A DNA stretch of 52,941 nucleotides, counting the filler, from Sphacelaria rigidula (taxonomy: Eukaryota), in assembly GCA_964200075.2 (NCBI GenBank). It is 4 parts of 4 records of this genome, joined end to end, with 100 filler letters (N's around TTAATTAATTAA, not from the genome) between each part and the next. Parts side by side here need not be neighbours in the genome. Positions count along the whole stretch, not along the records: positions 13,263 to 26,424 come from CAXNAA020003109.1; 3 more parts are not named here. One strand, written 5' to 3'. A program made the translations under genes and the position numbers. Positions 13,333 to 25,730 of the stretch are shown here, in pieces; position 1 is the stretch's first letter, and each line of letters begins with the position of its first letter. The notes under the pieces were generated by a model, which worked only from the letters and a program-made list of their open reading frames with translations, made no database searches and was not told the DNA's origin.

Positions 13333-14659
13333 TTACAATTAAATCCCCGCGAGAAACACTGCACAAATTCCCCGAAATCCTGCGAAGCGTCGTGTGGGGC
13401 GCGAAAAAAACAACTACAACCAGCTCCCCGCGAGAAAGACTGCACAGTTCCCCTGGACGCTGTAAACGTGCCCCCAGGGTGCTCTTTATCCACGTGTGTG
13501 GATCGGCTGCCTGCTGAGCGTGTGTGATAATGTGACCCGCTGCTGCTGCTTTCGCCACTCGCTGATGGCGGTTCGTCTCCACATTTGTGTGTGGGCTTTG
13601 GTGCTGTCCTTATGCGTGCCGTACCGTGTGCCGTGCATGGGCTTTCTTGTCGCGGGGCGCACTCGAAAATGTTTTGGTCGGACCGGCGGGTCTGCTCAAA
13701 CGTGCTACGGAACTGGTTTTACGTTGGGGGTAGGTTCCGTAAATCTGCCTGTGGGGGTAGAAATACGCCGGCCGCGAAACTGTAGAGAATTGTATATGAA
13801 GCCCCGCCTTCATTTCACACGGTACCTGGTTGATTGCACTAGTCTCAACCCAATTACGTATTTCTGGTACCACACTTGGCAAATCTATTGGGGAGGAAAG
13901 TTACAGGGTGGATAATGATCCTGTAAAAAAGAAGACTGTGAAGTGACTCGACTGCCGGTCCTGACACCCTAACCCGCTCGAGGATGAGACGCTGAAAACA
14001 ATGAAATGGGCCAGTGCCTGTGATCCCTACCCGCTCAGAAGATGAGCAAACCCCAAAACGATATTTAAGAGCAATATTCGCCACTTAAATAATCAACTGC
14101 ATTCGACCACTGCTGAACACTGAATACGACGCGATCTGTGCGAGGGATGGCCATCGATGAGATGAGCGGCGATACGTCACGGGCTCCAATTAGTATGGGC
14201 GAAAGATGGCTATCAGGAAACAAAAGTGTGCTGGTGAGTGAACATACCTGCCCCAGTTCATCTGCTCCCACCCATGGCAGTACATACTTGATACCTCGCA
14301 ACGTCTAGGGTATCAGTTTCAGTACAAAGCGCTACTCATCATTGGGTAATCGAGTAGACGGGTAGTCGGGTAGGTGTTGTCAAAATGAGCGTGAGCGACT
14401 TCACGGACCGCACATCTGACTCTTCCATGGGATACCCAGCGGTGGGAACAGTCCAAGACGCTGGAACATCGGAACAGCCGCAAGGGGGAGGAACAAAAAG
14501 GGGAGCGACGGGATCATGAGGAATGATGGACCTGACCCCAATAGATTCTACCCTTATTTTGTACGATTTGGTTATGATTCAAATGCTTTCTCGAAAATAC
14601 TATATCCCGATGTTTGCTGAAGTTTAAACAGGAATAAGCACTTTTCATGGGCGGCCAAC

Positions 14660-15400
14660 TCTAGGAATACCTGGGTATTTACTCTACCTCAGTTCGGGTA
14701 TCTTGGACTTTGATTACTGAACTCATACCCAAGGTTTTGATACATTGGATGCGAACTCAGATACTCTGCCCAAATTTCGGGTAGATTGAGTATAACTCGG
14801 AATAATACTATATGTTCGGGTACGTGACATATGACCTCAGACACTGTACTCAAATATGGGAAGATCGGGTATATCCTCAATACATTACTCAAAGTTTGAG
14901 TAGATTGAGTACGATCTCAAATACTCTACTCGCACATTGGGTAAGTACTCTCAGGAGTAGTTGGTACAGAGTATCACTTGGGTGTGACCTCAAATGCTCA
15001 ACTCAAATTTCGCGTAGATTGAGCACGAACTCTAATGCTCCACTCAAATTTCGGGTACTAAAAGTTTGACTTTTCAAAAATACCGAATATTGAGCAGACT
15101 CCCATACCGGTACCGCAGAGTTGTATAATCCGTGTAAGCCCCCAGTACCGTTACCGGGGGGCACGGGCACGGTCTTGATGAGAAATCCGTTTGCGGGTAC
15201 GGTTTTCTGTGCAGGCTCCATACTCTACCCGAAAGTTTCGGTGAATTATGTCAGCTTCCCTTATCGTACCCGACAAGTTTTGTAATTTTCGTAGGACGTT
15301 CTAACCGTTACCCGACAATTTTTATATTCCTGTAAGACTTTTATACCGATACCCGGTATTTCTTCAAGATCTGTACGGAATCTCATACCCTACAGGACAT
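14660..15400. repeat. Degenerate satellite-like array (GTAGATTGAG / CTCAAAT / TACTC / TACCCG motifs)
   Basis: GTAGATTGAG recurs at ~14781, ~14900 and ~15014, with repeated CAAATTTCG and TACCCG words. Probably the interior of an old TE. Confidence 0.55.
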
Positions 15401-16105
15401 ACCTGTACGCTAAAAAACACAATCTTGCAATGAGAGATGTTGGACGGATGACATCCCGCTACAACCACGGAAATAAAATCCAAGCTGCGATCGCTCCGGT
15501 GGCAAATCATTTGCAACCATTTCCATATTCACTTGTCACGCCGAAAGCCAACTATAAATGCCTGTCCGCCGATCCACCATACCACGACTAGAAACTCTTC
15601 ACTGAGCCGTCTGACGCCTGCAACTCACATTTGTACTCAATTCAGTGTCGGGGGTTGGTGAGTGCACGCTTCATACGTTTTCTTATGAAAATGTGACATC
15701 GCTGACAAGCCTGTTGTTCCATTTGCAACACAAGAGTTGTTCCCAACGAAAATTGACGCCAGGGTGCTGCTACAGTACTCACAGCAAAGCAGCACTAGAT
15801 AAATGAATGTTCTGCAGTACGTTTCACCAGTGCCAATCAATAGGACAGGCATCACAGTGTTCATACCCGCTGCACCACAAAAAAACACTTGAGCGAACTG
15901 CTTCTTCCACGAAGTACTTGGTTGAACCAATAACGGAACTCCGGCGCCGGCATCATCATGGTCACACAAGAACAGCTCCACCCTGTCGCACCGACACGCA
16001 CGAAAACCAGGGCTGCGGCGGCGCATTTGAATATACCACCAAGCTCTTCAGGCAGAACTGGCGCTGAGCTACAGATCGACGTGCAGCGAGCATGTCATTA
16101 TCACT

Positions 16106-18217
16106 CTATCTCGCGTTCGTGTTTATGCTACTTACGCAAGGGGGGGAAAACGAAGCCGAAACTGCCAGCTCCATCTTCAGGCCTTCCTCTTTCCCATGAA
16201 ACACCACTGAAGAAATATCGACAGCAGCATCTTCTGCCCGAAGGTGTTCACGAACCATCGACGGCGTCCTCCTGCAAATCTGCTTCTTCATTCTTTCATC
16301 GCAATTATCGCTAGAGTTACAGCCAATCGTGCTGCTCCCACCTTCATCAGAGCAGGTGGCCCCGCCAGCACTCCTTCGCAACCTCTGCCTGGAACACTGA
16401 AGGGGAGCAGACGCTTCCAATTTCACCCTCGTGTGCGGCCTTTTCCACAGAGATTCTTCGGCACCCTCGGCGGGCTGCGGCGGCGCAGTACCAACAAGTT
16501 CGGGACTCACGAGCGAAACAGGGCCGAACCCGACATCACCCGTACCACCCTTATGACTAGCGGAATATTTGGGTTGTCTGTCCTTGGAACTTTTATCGAG
16601 GACGTCTCCACGTCGCCCTCGTCCGGTTGCTCGAGATACGGCATGTTGGCATACGTCAACATGTTCGTCGCCATCAACGCGATACACACACCGATTCAAA
16701 CAGCCCCCGGTGCCACACGTCTTTCTCCTTACACTAACCATCCCCACCCTCGCGTGATCGGCACAGAACTGCGCCTTCCGGCTTCCCGCTACACCATAGG
16801 ATGGTTGTTTGGAGCAGCCCTCGTTGCCGCACCTCTTGTTCACTACATCAACCATCCCCGTCTCGGCGTGGTCGCCACAAAAGAGTCTTTCCCTACTTCC
16901 CGCTTCACCGTAAGATGCACGTTTGGAGCAGCCCTCATTGCCACACTTCTTGCTCACTACATTGACCGCCCCTGCCCGGGCATGCTCGGCACAGAACTCC
17001 GCTTTTCGACTTCCCGCTACACCGTACGATGGTTGTGTGGAGCAACCCTTTTTGCCGCACTTTTTGCTGCTTACATTGACCATCCCTGCCCCGGCATGAT
17101 CAGCACAGAACTCCGCCTTCCGACTGCCCGCTACACCGTACGATGGTTTCTTGGGGCAGCTCTCGTTGCCGCACTTGCTCACTTTACGGATCATGTCCGC
17201 CCTGGCGTGATCAGCACAGAACTCCGCCTTCCGGCTTCCCGCTATCCTGTATGATGGTCGTTTGGAGCAGCCCGCATTGCCGCACTTCTTGTTCACTACA
17301 TTGACCATCCCCAACCTCGCATGATCAGCACAGAACTCCGCCTTCCGGCTTCCACCTACACCGTAAGATGCACGTTTAGAGCAGCCCTCGGTGCCACACG
17401 TGTTTCTCCTTACACTCACCATCCCCAACCTGGCGTGATCAGCACAGAATTCCGCTTTCCGACTCCCCGCTACACCGTACGATGGTTGCTTGGAGCAGCC
17501 CTTGGTGCCACACGTCCTTCTCCTTACACTCACCATCCCCAACCTGGCGTGATCAGCACAAAATTCCGCTTTCCGACTCCCCGCTACACCGTACGATGGT
17601 TGTGTGGAGCAGCCCTCTTTGCGGCACTTCTCGCTCCTTACATTGACCATCCCTGCCCTGGCGTGATTAGCACAGAACTCCGCCTTCCGACTGCCCGCTA
17701 CACCGTACGATGGTATCTTGGGGCAGCTCTCGTTGCCGCACTTGCTCACTTTACGGATCATGTCCGCCCTGGCGTGATCAGCACAGAACTCCGCCTTCCG
17801 GCTTCCCGCTATACCGTATGATGGTCGTTTGGAGCAGCCCGCATTGCCGCACGTTTTGTTGACTACATCAACCATCCCCAACCTCGCGTGATCGGCACAG
17901 AACTCCGCCAACCGGCCTCCCGCTATACCGTATGATGCACGTTTGGAGCAGCTTTCAATTGCGCACTTCTTGTTCGTTACATCGACCATTCCCAACCTGG
18001 CGTGATCGTCACAGAACTCCGCCTTTCGGCTTCCCGCTATACCGTACGATGCGGTTTTGGAGCAGCCCTCCGTGCCGCACTTTTTCTTCTTCACGTTAAC
18101 CATCTCCACCTTCGCGTGGCCAGCACAGAATTCCGCTTTCCGACTTCCTGCTACACCGTACGATGGTTGTTTCGAGCAGCCCTCGTTGCCGCACCTCTTC
18201 CCTACGTTTTTCACCAT
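16106..18217 (-). CDS. EsV-1-7 cysteine-rich repeat protein, ~14 tandem repeats plus low-complexity C-terminal tail
   Basis: Uninterrupted ORF. The track starts it at a TTG at 18286; the first in-frame ATG is at 18217. A pyrimidine-rich ...ttctcag just upstream could be a splice acceptor, so a 5' exon is possible. It has 13 well-formed and 1 degenerate repeat of consensus KxCGxEGCSKxPSYGVAGSRKAEFCADHARxGMVxV (C-x4-C-x16-C-x2-H), which matches the EsV-1-7 repeat family of brown algae and phaeoviruses. Confidence 0.9.
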   Translation of the reverse strand: MVKNVGKRCGNEGCSKQPSYGVAGSRKAEFCAGHAKVEMVNVKKKKCGTEGCSKTASYGIAGSRKAEFCDDHARLGMVDVTNKKCAIESCSKRASYGIAGGRLAEFCADHARLGMVDVVNKTCGNAGCSKRPSYGIAGSRKAEFCADHARADMIRKVSKCGNESCPKIPSYGVAGSRKAEFCANHARAGMVNVRSEKCRKEGCSTQPSYGVAGSRKAEFCADHARLGMVSVRRRTCGTKGCSKQPSYGVAGSRKAEFCADHARLGMVSVRRNTCGTEGCSKRASYGVGGSRKAEFCADHARLGMVNVVNKKCGNAGCSKRPSYRIAGSRKAEFCADHARADMIRKVSKCGNESCPKKPSYGVAGSRKAEFCADHAGAGMVNVSSKKCGKKGCSTQPSYGVAGSRKAEFCAEHARAGAVNVVSKKCGNEGCSKRASYGEAGSRERLFCGDHAETGMVDVVNKRCGNEGCSKQPSYGVAGSRKAQFCADHARVGMVSVRRKTCGTGGCLNRCVYRVDGDEHVDVCQHAVSRATGRGRRGDVLDKSSKDRQPKYSASHKGGTGDVGFGPVSLVSPELVGTAPPQPAEGAEESLWKRPHTRVKLEASAPLQCSRQRLRRSAGGATCSDEGGSSTIGCNSSDNCDERMKKQICRRTPSMVREHLRAEDAAVDISSVVFHGKEEGLKMELAVSASFSPPCVSSINTNAR

Positions 18218-20069
18218 CCCAACCCTGTTCGCCGGCCCCTCCTGATGCTGCCTGAGAATATGCAACAGATTCAAAAGCCGGGTCAAAGATTGTCAAGTGT
18301 TCATCAAATGCGGCATACAGTACTTCGAGAAAAATGGTGAGTGCGGGCTGTTCATATCTTGCGTGGGCCTTCGCTATGTGATAAGCCCGGGTAAGCCTTT
18401 GCTCTGTCGAACGTTTCATTTCCAACCGTGATGCTGTCGATTCGTGGAGAGCTTTGTAAAACACTGCATATTTCCCCCACTGAAGTTGCCACTGGATTGC
18501 GCAACCCATGCAAAAAAGCAACTCAGACACATGTCACACGCCACGGCCAAAACCCAGCAGTATGGGAGAATGATATCGATCGAAAACACACATCACAAGC
18601 TTGATATATTCGTTTTTAAAGTTGTAAGATCTCGAGGCTCCACGAGAAACTCGTAGCCCACTCTCTGTTGCGGTCAGTTGTGCCATGCAGAAAGCTTGAC
18701 AAAATCAAATGTATGTGTATCACAAATGTCTTTGCCTGCGGAAACCTCCTTCACTCAACTTCAGCCAATTTGCGCGTGTGAATTGACATGGTTAAGAGGA
18801 TGGCAACGTCCTCGTCGTAAGTAGCATTCTGCAAACTTCTGCATTAGTACGTGCCACCGCTGTTATTGTCCGTACTGACACAACCGGTCGACGACTCCGG
18901 GCCTCAAAAGGCAGGCAGGTTTCTCGGCGACTGATGACCACCAAACCTTCAGTTTCCGCAACACCCACTGACATACTTGCAACCAACGAGTACCGAAAGT
19001 TGTGGAATAATCACGCGAAACTACAATACAGAAAACACGGGGTAGACAACCGAAGTTGATTTTTCCACGAATGAGTCGGGGATTCTACTAAAAAAATACG
19101 GAATCCTGATCTATTCTCGGTGAATTTCGATCCATCTTGCAAGCGATAGCTTGGGAAGACGGCATACTGAAAGGGAGGTAATCGAAACGACTGGTGATGA
19201 ATGAGAACAAGAGCAACAAACGATGAAATATCTGACTCTCCATGCGAGAACCGAAAGTCAGTGCCTTGCTGAATGCTAAACCTACTCAGCACACCTTGGA
19301 CCCGGCGTAACCAGGAGATGGTGGGGGTAAGCTACACACTTTGAAATGTACGATAATAACGCTACCCAAGTTAACTTGTTGGAGGAGTAGTACGTATCGG
19401 CGTCTACTGACTACGAAGTGTCCATTACGTCGGCAAGTCGCCCAGTCACGGTATGGCTCGAGCGGTGAGGCCCATGCTTGAAAACATTCATTTCGCGGTG
19501 GCTGGAAAATATTAAAAGCTCAGGTCCCGCCTCAGAACCAATACATGATGATCTCAATAATCCCGTCGACAGCTCATAATGAATGCATGGCCATATCATA
19601 TATGCCCAACAAATACACGTCCTTGACGAAGCCATCGTGGACTGCGCCACTTGAAGTTCCTTCGTAGTATATCTCGAGGGTTGATGCCGAGTTTGCGAAT
19701 GAAAATGGCTTCAAATGTGCAGGGAGATACACCATATGCACTGCCCTCCGTGTGTGACACGATATTACATATATATATAATATCGGGGGCGCACAGCAGC
19801 GCAGCGATTATCGTAAGGAGGCGTGCACGCGATTTTATACTGGAATGAGTGTGCAAGTCCCTCCGCGCCCGCCCCGGGGGATGACTGTCCGGGCCAATGC
19901 CAATGATAGGGGTCCAACGCGCGGATTCGTTCCGCGTGCTGCGTCCTACGTTGTAGCTACGGTAATACGGTGAAAGTGTGTCGTCACCGATGAACGGAAC
20001 ATGTATCGATGAGAAATCCCTGTGGTTGCGGCCACACAGCGCGCGGGGTTCAACCCTCGTGTTTTGGAT

Positions 20070-20400
20070 CTGATAAGCCGCAGCGACGGGCGCTACATTT
20101 TGAGCGGGCGCACAGAGATTGTCGTGAGCTGAAACCTATTTATACAGTGTATCACATACTGAACCACCTGCATATTACTCAATACGCTCGCTGAAAACTC
20201 AACGAAGGTCGCGACACTGTAGCGTGCATTGAAATGATGAAGCGAGCGGTTCAGCCAGGCATCAAACAGATGTAGCTGAACTGTATGTTGTTTGGGAAAA
20301 ATCCGCCCGAGATAATCTCTCATGAACCCGGTGAGTTTTCACGTACTGCTTTCAATATAAATTGCGAGTGGGTGCAGCGTGCGCCGTAATCATGTTACTA
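20070..20400 (+). repeat. Dispersed repeat family C, copy 1
   Basis: CGCAGCGxCGGGCGCT...GCACAGAGAT...ACAGTGTATCAC and ATATAAAT..GAGTGGGTGCAGCGT are shared with 25100-25600. Confidence 0.7.
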
Positions 20401-22272
20401 TATCGTTTGCCGTTATCATCAGAAAGAGGTAAACCACAGAAAAACGGATTTGCGTTTCGAAGTGTTTCAAATGAAAATTGAAGTTGTTGGTTGAGCGTGA
20501 AACCGTAATAATACAGTGCACAAGGTTCCCCTTCGGGAGGTTGGTACGGACCTCCCGGGGGTGACGCAAGTCGAAAATATATGGATAAGATAGCCTGTTG
20601 TATCTCAATGTACAGTAGTACTCGTGGCTGCACAAACATCGCATGTGTTTTCGAACGGTGGCTCCGGATACGGTTGACCAACTCGAGTTACACGGATGGA
20701 AGATTGTACAACTATTGGGCGGCAATGATTTTGACATGTGTGGCATATGCGTACCTGCTCATCAGCTATGCAATTTGTGCGTGACCTTAGCTCAAATCTG
20801 TTCTGATACTATTGAGAAATTATTATTTGTTTGAGGCCGCTTCCTCTAAACAGACAAAAGTCTCTGAGATAAGTCATTCCGAAATACTTTGCTCGGAGAC
20901 TTTTCAGTGAAATCAGTTCTCAAAACCCCACCTTACTGGGTATAGTCTGTAGGAAATCCTGGGAATTTGTATACCCGAGGCCACCATCAAGTCTGCGTGC
21001 AGACGGTGGTATATATAGTGGTCATCATTTGCATTTCATGATCGTCCCACCTGCGGTGAACTAATACGTACATAATCACGTCGAGGTACAGGATAGATGG
21101 GATGGTAACACACGCACACGTACAACAGCTACAGGTATAAAAAGGATCGAAATGACAGGCGTATCAACCCTTACTTCAGCCGACCGCCGCCTGGTACAGT
21201 ACTAGTGTCGCAAGCGGTGCAGTGTGTGCAGCATACGGTTCGTGCCATACCGCACACAACAAACTCACGTGACAGTCAGTAGTGCGGTAACAACCGTCTC
21301 AGCACACAGAATATTACAGAGTTCACAATCGCTGGCGGGCACGACGAGCATGACACGATATGAGCAGTCAACACAGCCAGCAAAAGCGACATCGTGTTAT
21401 TTTTTAGTGGTAACGCTGCCGGCGAAAAAGCACTGTACTGCCTATACTCTGTCCCTGACCCCACGATCATGAAGAGAATGCACGCAGTGTTGCAGCAGCT
21501 ATGCTGTTGCCACGGTACTGTACATACAACATGTACGGCTACTTTTGCGCTGACTGTACTACACTTGTAGGCGAGGAGTGTGTGATGGTGTACTGACTGT
21601 ACCATTGCGGGTGCAATGTGCGAAGAGTGTGTGATGGAACGACAACTCCTAGACAGAAACGTCTCTGGGAATCGATTACTTTTGCCAGAGAGATTTGGAA
21701 AAATCCCGCTGTCTGGGAATTAATCAATTTCCAGAGATTTGCTCCTCTCATGAATGTGGAATATTTGTTATACCAAATGTGACGCAACGTAAATTCAAGC
21801 CAGACCGTATAACATGCACATTTGTGCATGTGTCCATCTCTGCCATCTCATTCCCTATTACACGCCTCTTCTAATTTCCTCTGAAATCGTGCCATACGCT
21901 ATGCCCGAAGCCTGTCCCTCCCGGTCCGACTACGGTGTTCATGTATTATTTACCTCGATCGTGAATACACGATGTGATCCAAACAATATCAATCTCCGTG
22001 ACTGACCTATTCGCTTGCATCGACCGTTCGACCGTTCCACAATTTCCCTCACCTTAGCCGAGATTGTTCACAATCGTACCCGTTCCACAAACCTCAGATT
22101 CTGCTACGCTCCGATCTTTCACCGTTTTTCATGAAGAATGGTCCTACAGTACAGTATAATAAAGGCCGGATGTTTTTGGCAAACAGATTTTTGGCCTACG
22201 GGTTGTTCACGTTTGGAACGTTTGACTCAGTTTTAACCCCGAAGAGGGAAAATCGCCAACGCACGTCTCGGG

Positions 22273-22533
22273 CACTTTGCATCACCCCATAGAGAGGAGC
22301 TTAGCCTACTTTTCAGATTCGCTTGGCTGGGAGGTTTCGAGATTGGCCGCTGAACAAAAGTCGTGTGCAATATTCTGTGCCTGCCAACATACGGCAGTTT
22401 GCCCAGTAATCTGTAGAGATTGCCGTAGATTTTATTGCACACGGATTCTTATTCAGCGGCCACTCTCGAAACCTTGGCGCCAAGCGAGTCTGAAAAGTGG
22501 GCTAGACTCCTCTCTGTGGGGTGATGCAAAGTG
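22273..22533. mobile_element. MITE/fold-back family B (~261 bp, ~100-bp imperfect TIRs, CAC...GTG ends)
   Basis: CACTTTGCATCACCCCATAGAGAGGAG... pairs with ...CTCCTCTCTGTGGGGTGATGCAAAGTG. Pairing continues through TTTTCAGATTCGCTTGGC/GCCAAGCGAGTCTGAAAA and GGCCGCTGAA/TTCAGCGGCC. Confidence 0.8.
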
Positions 22534-23117
22534 TATAAAACAATCGTTTTAGGTCGAAAACATGCGGTCGAAAGGCGCCAAGCGGGACTTTACTCCTATC
22601 TTACAAACCACCGCGCCAGATAACACCCGTTCACAGGACCATGCACACTCCATCCAACTTATTCTCAGCTACCACCACAACCTTGCAGCCTAGAGCACGA
22701 GTGAGGCACAGGGATAGATACACTGCTGCAGTAGTCGGGTGTGCTTTGTTTTTTTTCTGTTGGCGAAAACTTGCGCATCTTCTCTCATGGTAAGGATCAG
22801 CGACGGAACTGCGTGGTACGATGGGCAATCGAGATGCGTGCACGCTCATGGACAGTGCAGGCAGTACCAAGCTGCATGCTGCTGAGGCCCTTTTCACGTC
22901 GCATTGGAAGCAGAGGAAACTGATAGCCCTTCGGCGTCTTCACTGCACGTTGCCCGCTTCTCCTTTATATCCTCCTGCACGAAACACGCACACACGCTCT
23001 CAAGACACCCTGCCTGAAAAGCAGTGCAGGCAGTACAGACTGTACTGAACACCAGTGACCATATTCCGTTCCACAAACTTCACTGATATACTGTAGTACA
23101 ACCGAGGTGGAGTTGGT

Positions 23118-23450
23118 GGTGTTGCCAAAAAATGTCGCCTAGGTAGCTATTATAGCTACCTAGCCGTATATTCCGCTCGGGTGCGATCGTCGTAAGTGCA
23201 CATGCATGTAATTATTCTTGTGTTCGGGGAGAAACCCCTGAGCTCTCCGAACCCATGGTTGCGGACTTATTGTACTGCACGATCTTGTTTCGGAAATGGA
23301 TATAGTAGAAATCCCCGAGCCCTCCAACCCCATGGTTGCGGACTTACTGAACTGTACGGTCTTGTTTCGAAAACAAATAGTACAGTCTGTGGCGTTGCCA
23401 GATGATGTCGCATAGCTAGCTACCCCTAGCGATACATCCCGCAGACGGTC
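23118..23450 (+). repeat. Nested direct repeats (A-B-B-A) with a small hairpin
   Basis: CCCATGGTTGCGGACTTA...TCTTGTTTCG occurs twice, ~77 bp apart. It is flanked by GTTGCCA..ATGTCGC.TAG.TAGCTA at ~23121 and ~23394. Hairpin CTAGGTAGCTA-TTA-TAGCTACCTAG at ~23139-23163. Confidence 0.7.
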
Positions 23451-24719
23451 GACAAGGGAAAAGGCAGTGCTGATCCCCCGTCACGATAAACATAAAGAAG
23501 CAACCACCATATAAAATACAGCTCCGAATGGGGGACCCTGTAGTTCACCTGTTCACAGTGATTTGTTTCACTAGACTCAAGTTTTTATGCTGTATATCAT
23601 CGCACGGTAGGTGCAGACCTGTACGCAAGACTATGTCTCTAATACAGCAGCTGCATGCATGGCTTTTTCAAAACACTGTGGCTGCCAAGGTACACAGACA
23701 GCTCTCAATATCTGCATTTGCAGTGCCGGTCGCCCCAGTTGCTCAGTTAATAACCTCGACACCTTCTGACGGTTGAGTCGTGGATTGAAATCTCGGAGCG
23801 GTCTGGGATTTTTTTCTCACACCATGCCCAACAGTGGAGAGCGACCATGTCGTGGGTACACAAGAGGAAGATGAAGTACTACTATAATTACAAATCAAAA
23901 AGAAACAGCTCATGCGTTGACCTTCCTCCTGTGTGACCACCTGCCACGGCTGGTGCGCGTACATATACCGAAAGGTATAGACTGGCGCCCACAATAAATG
24001 GCACGCTACAAACACAACAACACAACCTAGCCGACACCCGAGGAACCTTCCTCGTGGTCATAAGTTTCCAGCGGACAGGACCCGTGAGGCCTCAACGTAG
24101 AACAATAAAGGCTGTTCGGTTCGCATGAGTGTACGTTTCAACCCTTGGACCGCAGCGCCGGTACTCCATCTCAGTCACGCATACTCTTTTCAAGGCAATA
24201 TTGATGCCGATTCAGCAGGTGACCTGCCCTCGCGGTTGAAGGATGAACACCGATATCCTCTTTCAACTTATTCTCACTCATGTTCTTCAACATGCTTTTG
24301 TGGACCGTTGCGTTCGCACAACGGGGACCCACATGACCTAGATATGACGGTATTCGACGCTTCATGTCAAAACTAAAGAGGGAGGAATTCTAGATGTTCC
24401 GACTTGTGTTTGTGATGAAGAAATGCCCCGCCATGAACACGCTGCTTTGGTTCGGGTTCTTGTTGAGAGTTTTTCACGATCTCGAGGAGGCTTTTGTGGT
24501 TCGGGATCGACACCCCGCGAAATAGAGCCAGTGTGGGCGACTTTCGTTGGCCAGAACACGCGCCACAGGTATCAGATGACACCCAAACCTGAGCTGTAGT
24601 GTACCGCTGACCCTCCTTCGTGTACTGCAAAACAAAGCGCAGGCTAAAATGCCTTTCAGCCAGAGAAAACTCGGCAAAAGTAGTGAAAAATGCGATGTGA
24701 TACATGTACATATATAGCT

Positions 24720-25730
24720 ACATGCTCTTCCCACGACTTAATAGGTGCTTCTTTCTCTCCCCCTTACTCCTTAGGTAGAACACGTTTCCTTTGCACCGGG
24801 TGATGTCGTTTATCTACTACATGACCAAAAAGCTTACTTGTTTTTTCGTACCCATAGAGTCGAACAGCATTTGGGAGGGATCTGTCTTGCGCAGTTCCTG
24901 AAACACTAGGTAAGCCGTAGTACGATGCTAGGGGCCCGGTACGCGGAGTCGTTGCGCCTTACTGCCCATGTCCAAGCTGAACCGCTCGCTTCACCATTTC
25001 GATGCGCGCTGACGATACCAGTGGGTATCGACGGCAATGAAACGCCCCGACCAAGGAAACGAAGCGCTCGAAAGACGAGACGTCATCACCCTCAAGCGGT
25101 GATAATCAGTCGCAGCGTCGGGCGCTGAATTATGAGCGGCAGCACAGAGATAGCATGCCGTTAGCTTAAACCGTCTATACACAGTGTATCACGTACCAAC
25201 TACACCCGGATGATACTCGAGAACACCGGCAAAGCTCCTCAAGAACCACAACTACACACGACATGCTCCGCTTTTCCACAACCAAGCAAAAGAAGAAGCG
25301 CTCGAAAGACGAGAGAGGATCACCCTCGAGCGGTGATAATCAACCGCAGCGTCGGGCGCGCGCTTGCGACGATCCATCTTGCACTGACACGGTAATCGAA
25401 AAGCACGCAACGACTAACCCTAACCCTAACCTTAACCCTAACCCTAGGAATGATGTTCAAATTACGATGCCATCCCCTGAGCACGCGGTCCTCTCACGCA
25501 TTACAGGGAGATGAGTCTCTGCTGAACCGGGCGAGTTCTTCCATACTATTTTGCGATATAAATGTAGAGTGGGTGCAGCGTCCGCCGTTATCATATCACA
25601 AATAGGTATATTACAGAAAAACAGGTTTGCGTTCCCAAGCGTGTATTACTACATGCTCTTCTCACGACTATGCGCTTTTCCCTCCCGCTCATACTCCTTC
25701 GGTAGAACACGTTTCCTTTACACCGGGAAT
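24720..25730 (+). repeat. Dispersed repeat family C, copy 2, with internal duplications and ~80-bp flanking direct repeats
   Basis: ACATGCTCTTCxCACGACT...GGTAGAACACGTTTCCTTTxCACCGGG at ~24720-24800 and ~25650-25727. GAAGCGCTCGAAAGACGAGA...GCGGTGATAATCA at ~25061 and ~25295. Confidence 0.7.
25414..25446 (+). repeat. Interstitial telomere-like (CCCTAA)n tract
   Basis: CTAACCCTAACCCTAACCTTAACCCTAACCCTA. Confidence 0.8.

Noticed and set aside
16244-18340. + strand ORFs (336, 166, 112 aa) opposite the smaller EsV-1-7 gene
   Set aside because: Same antisense shadow effect.
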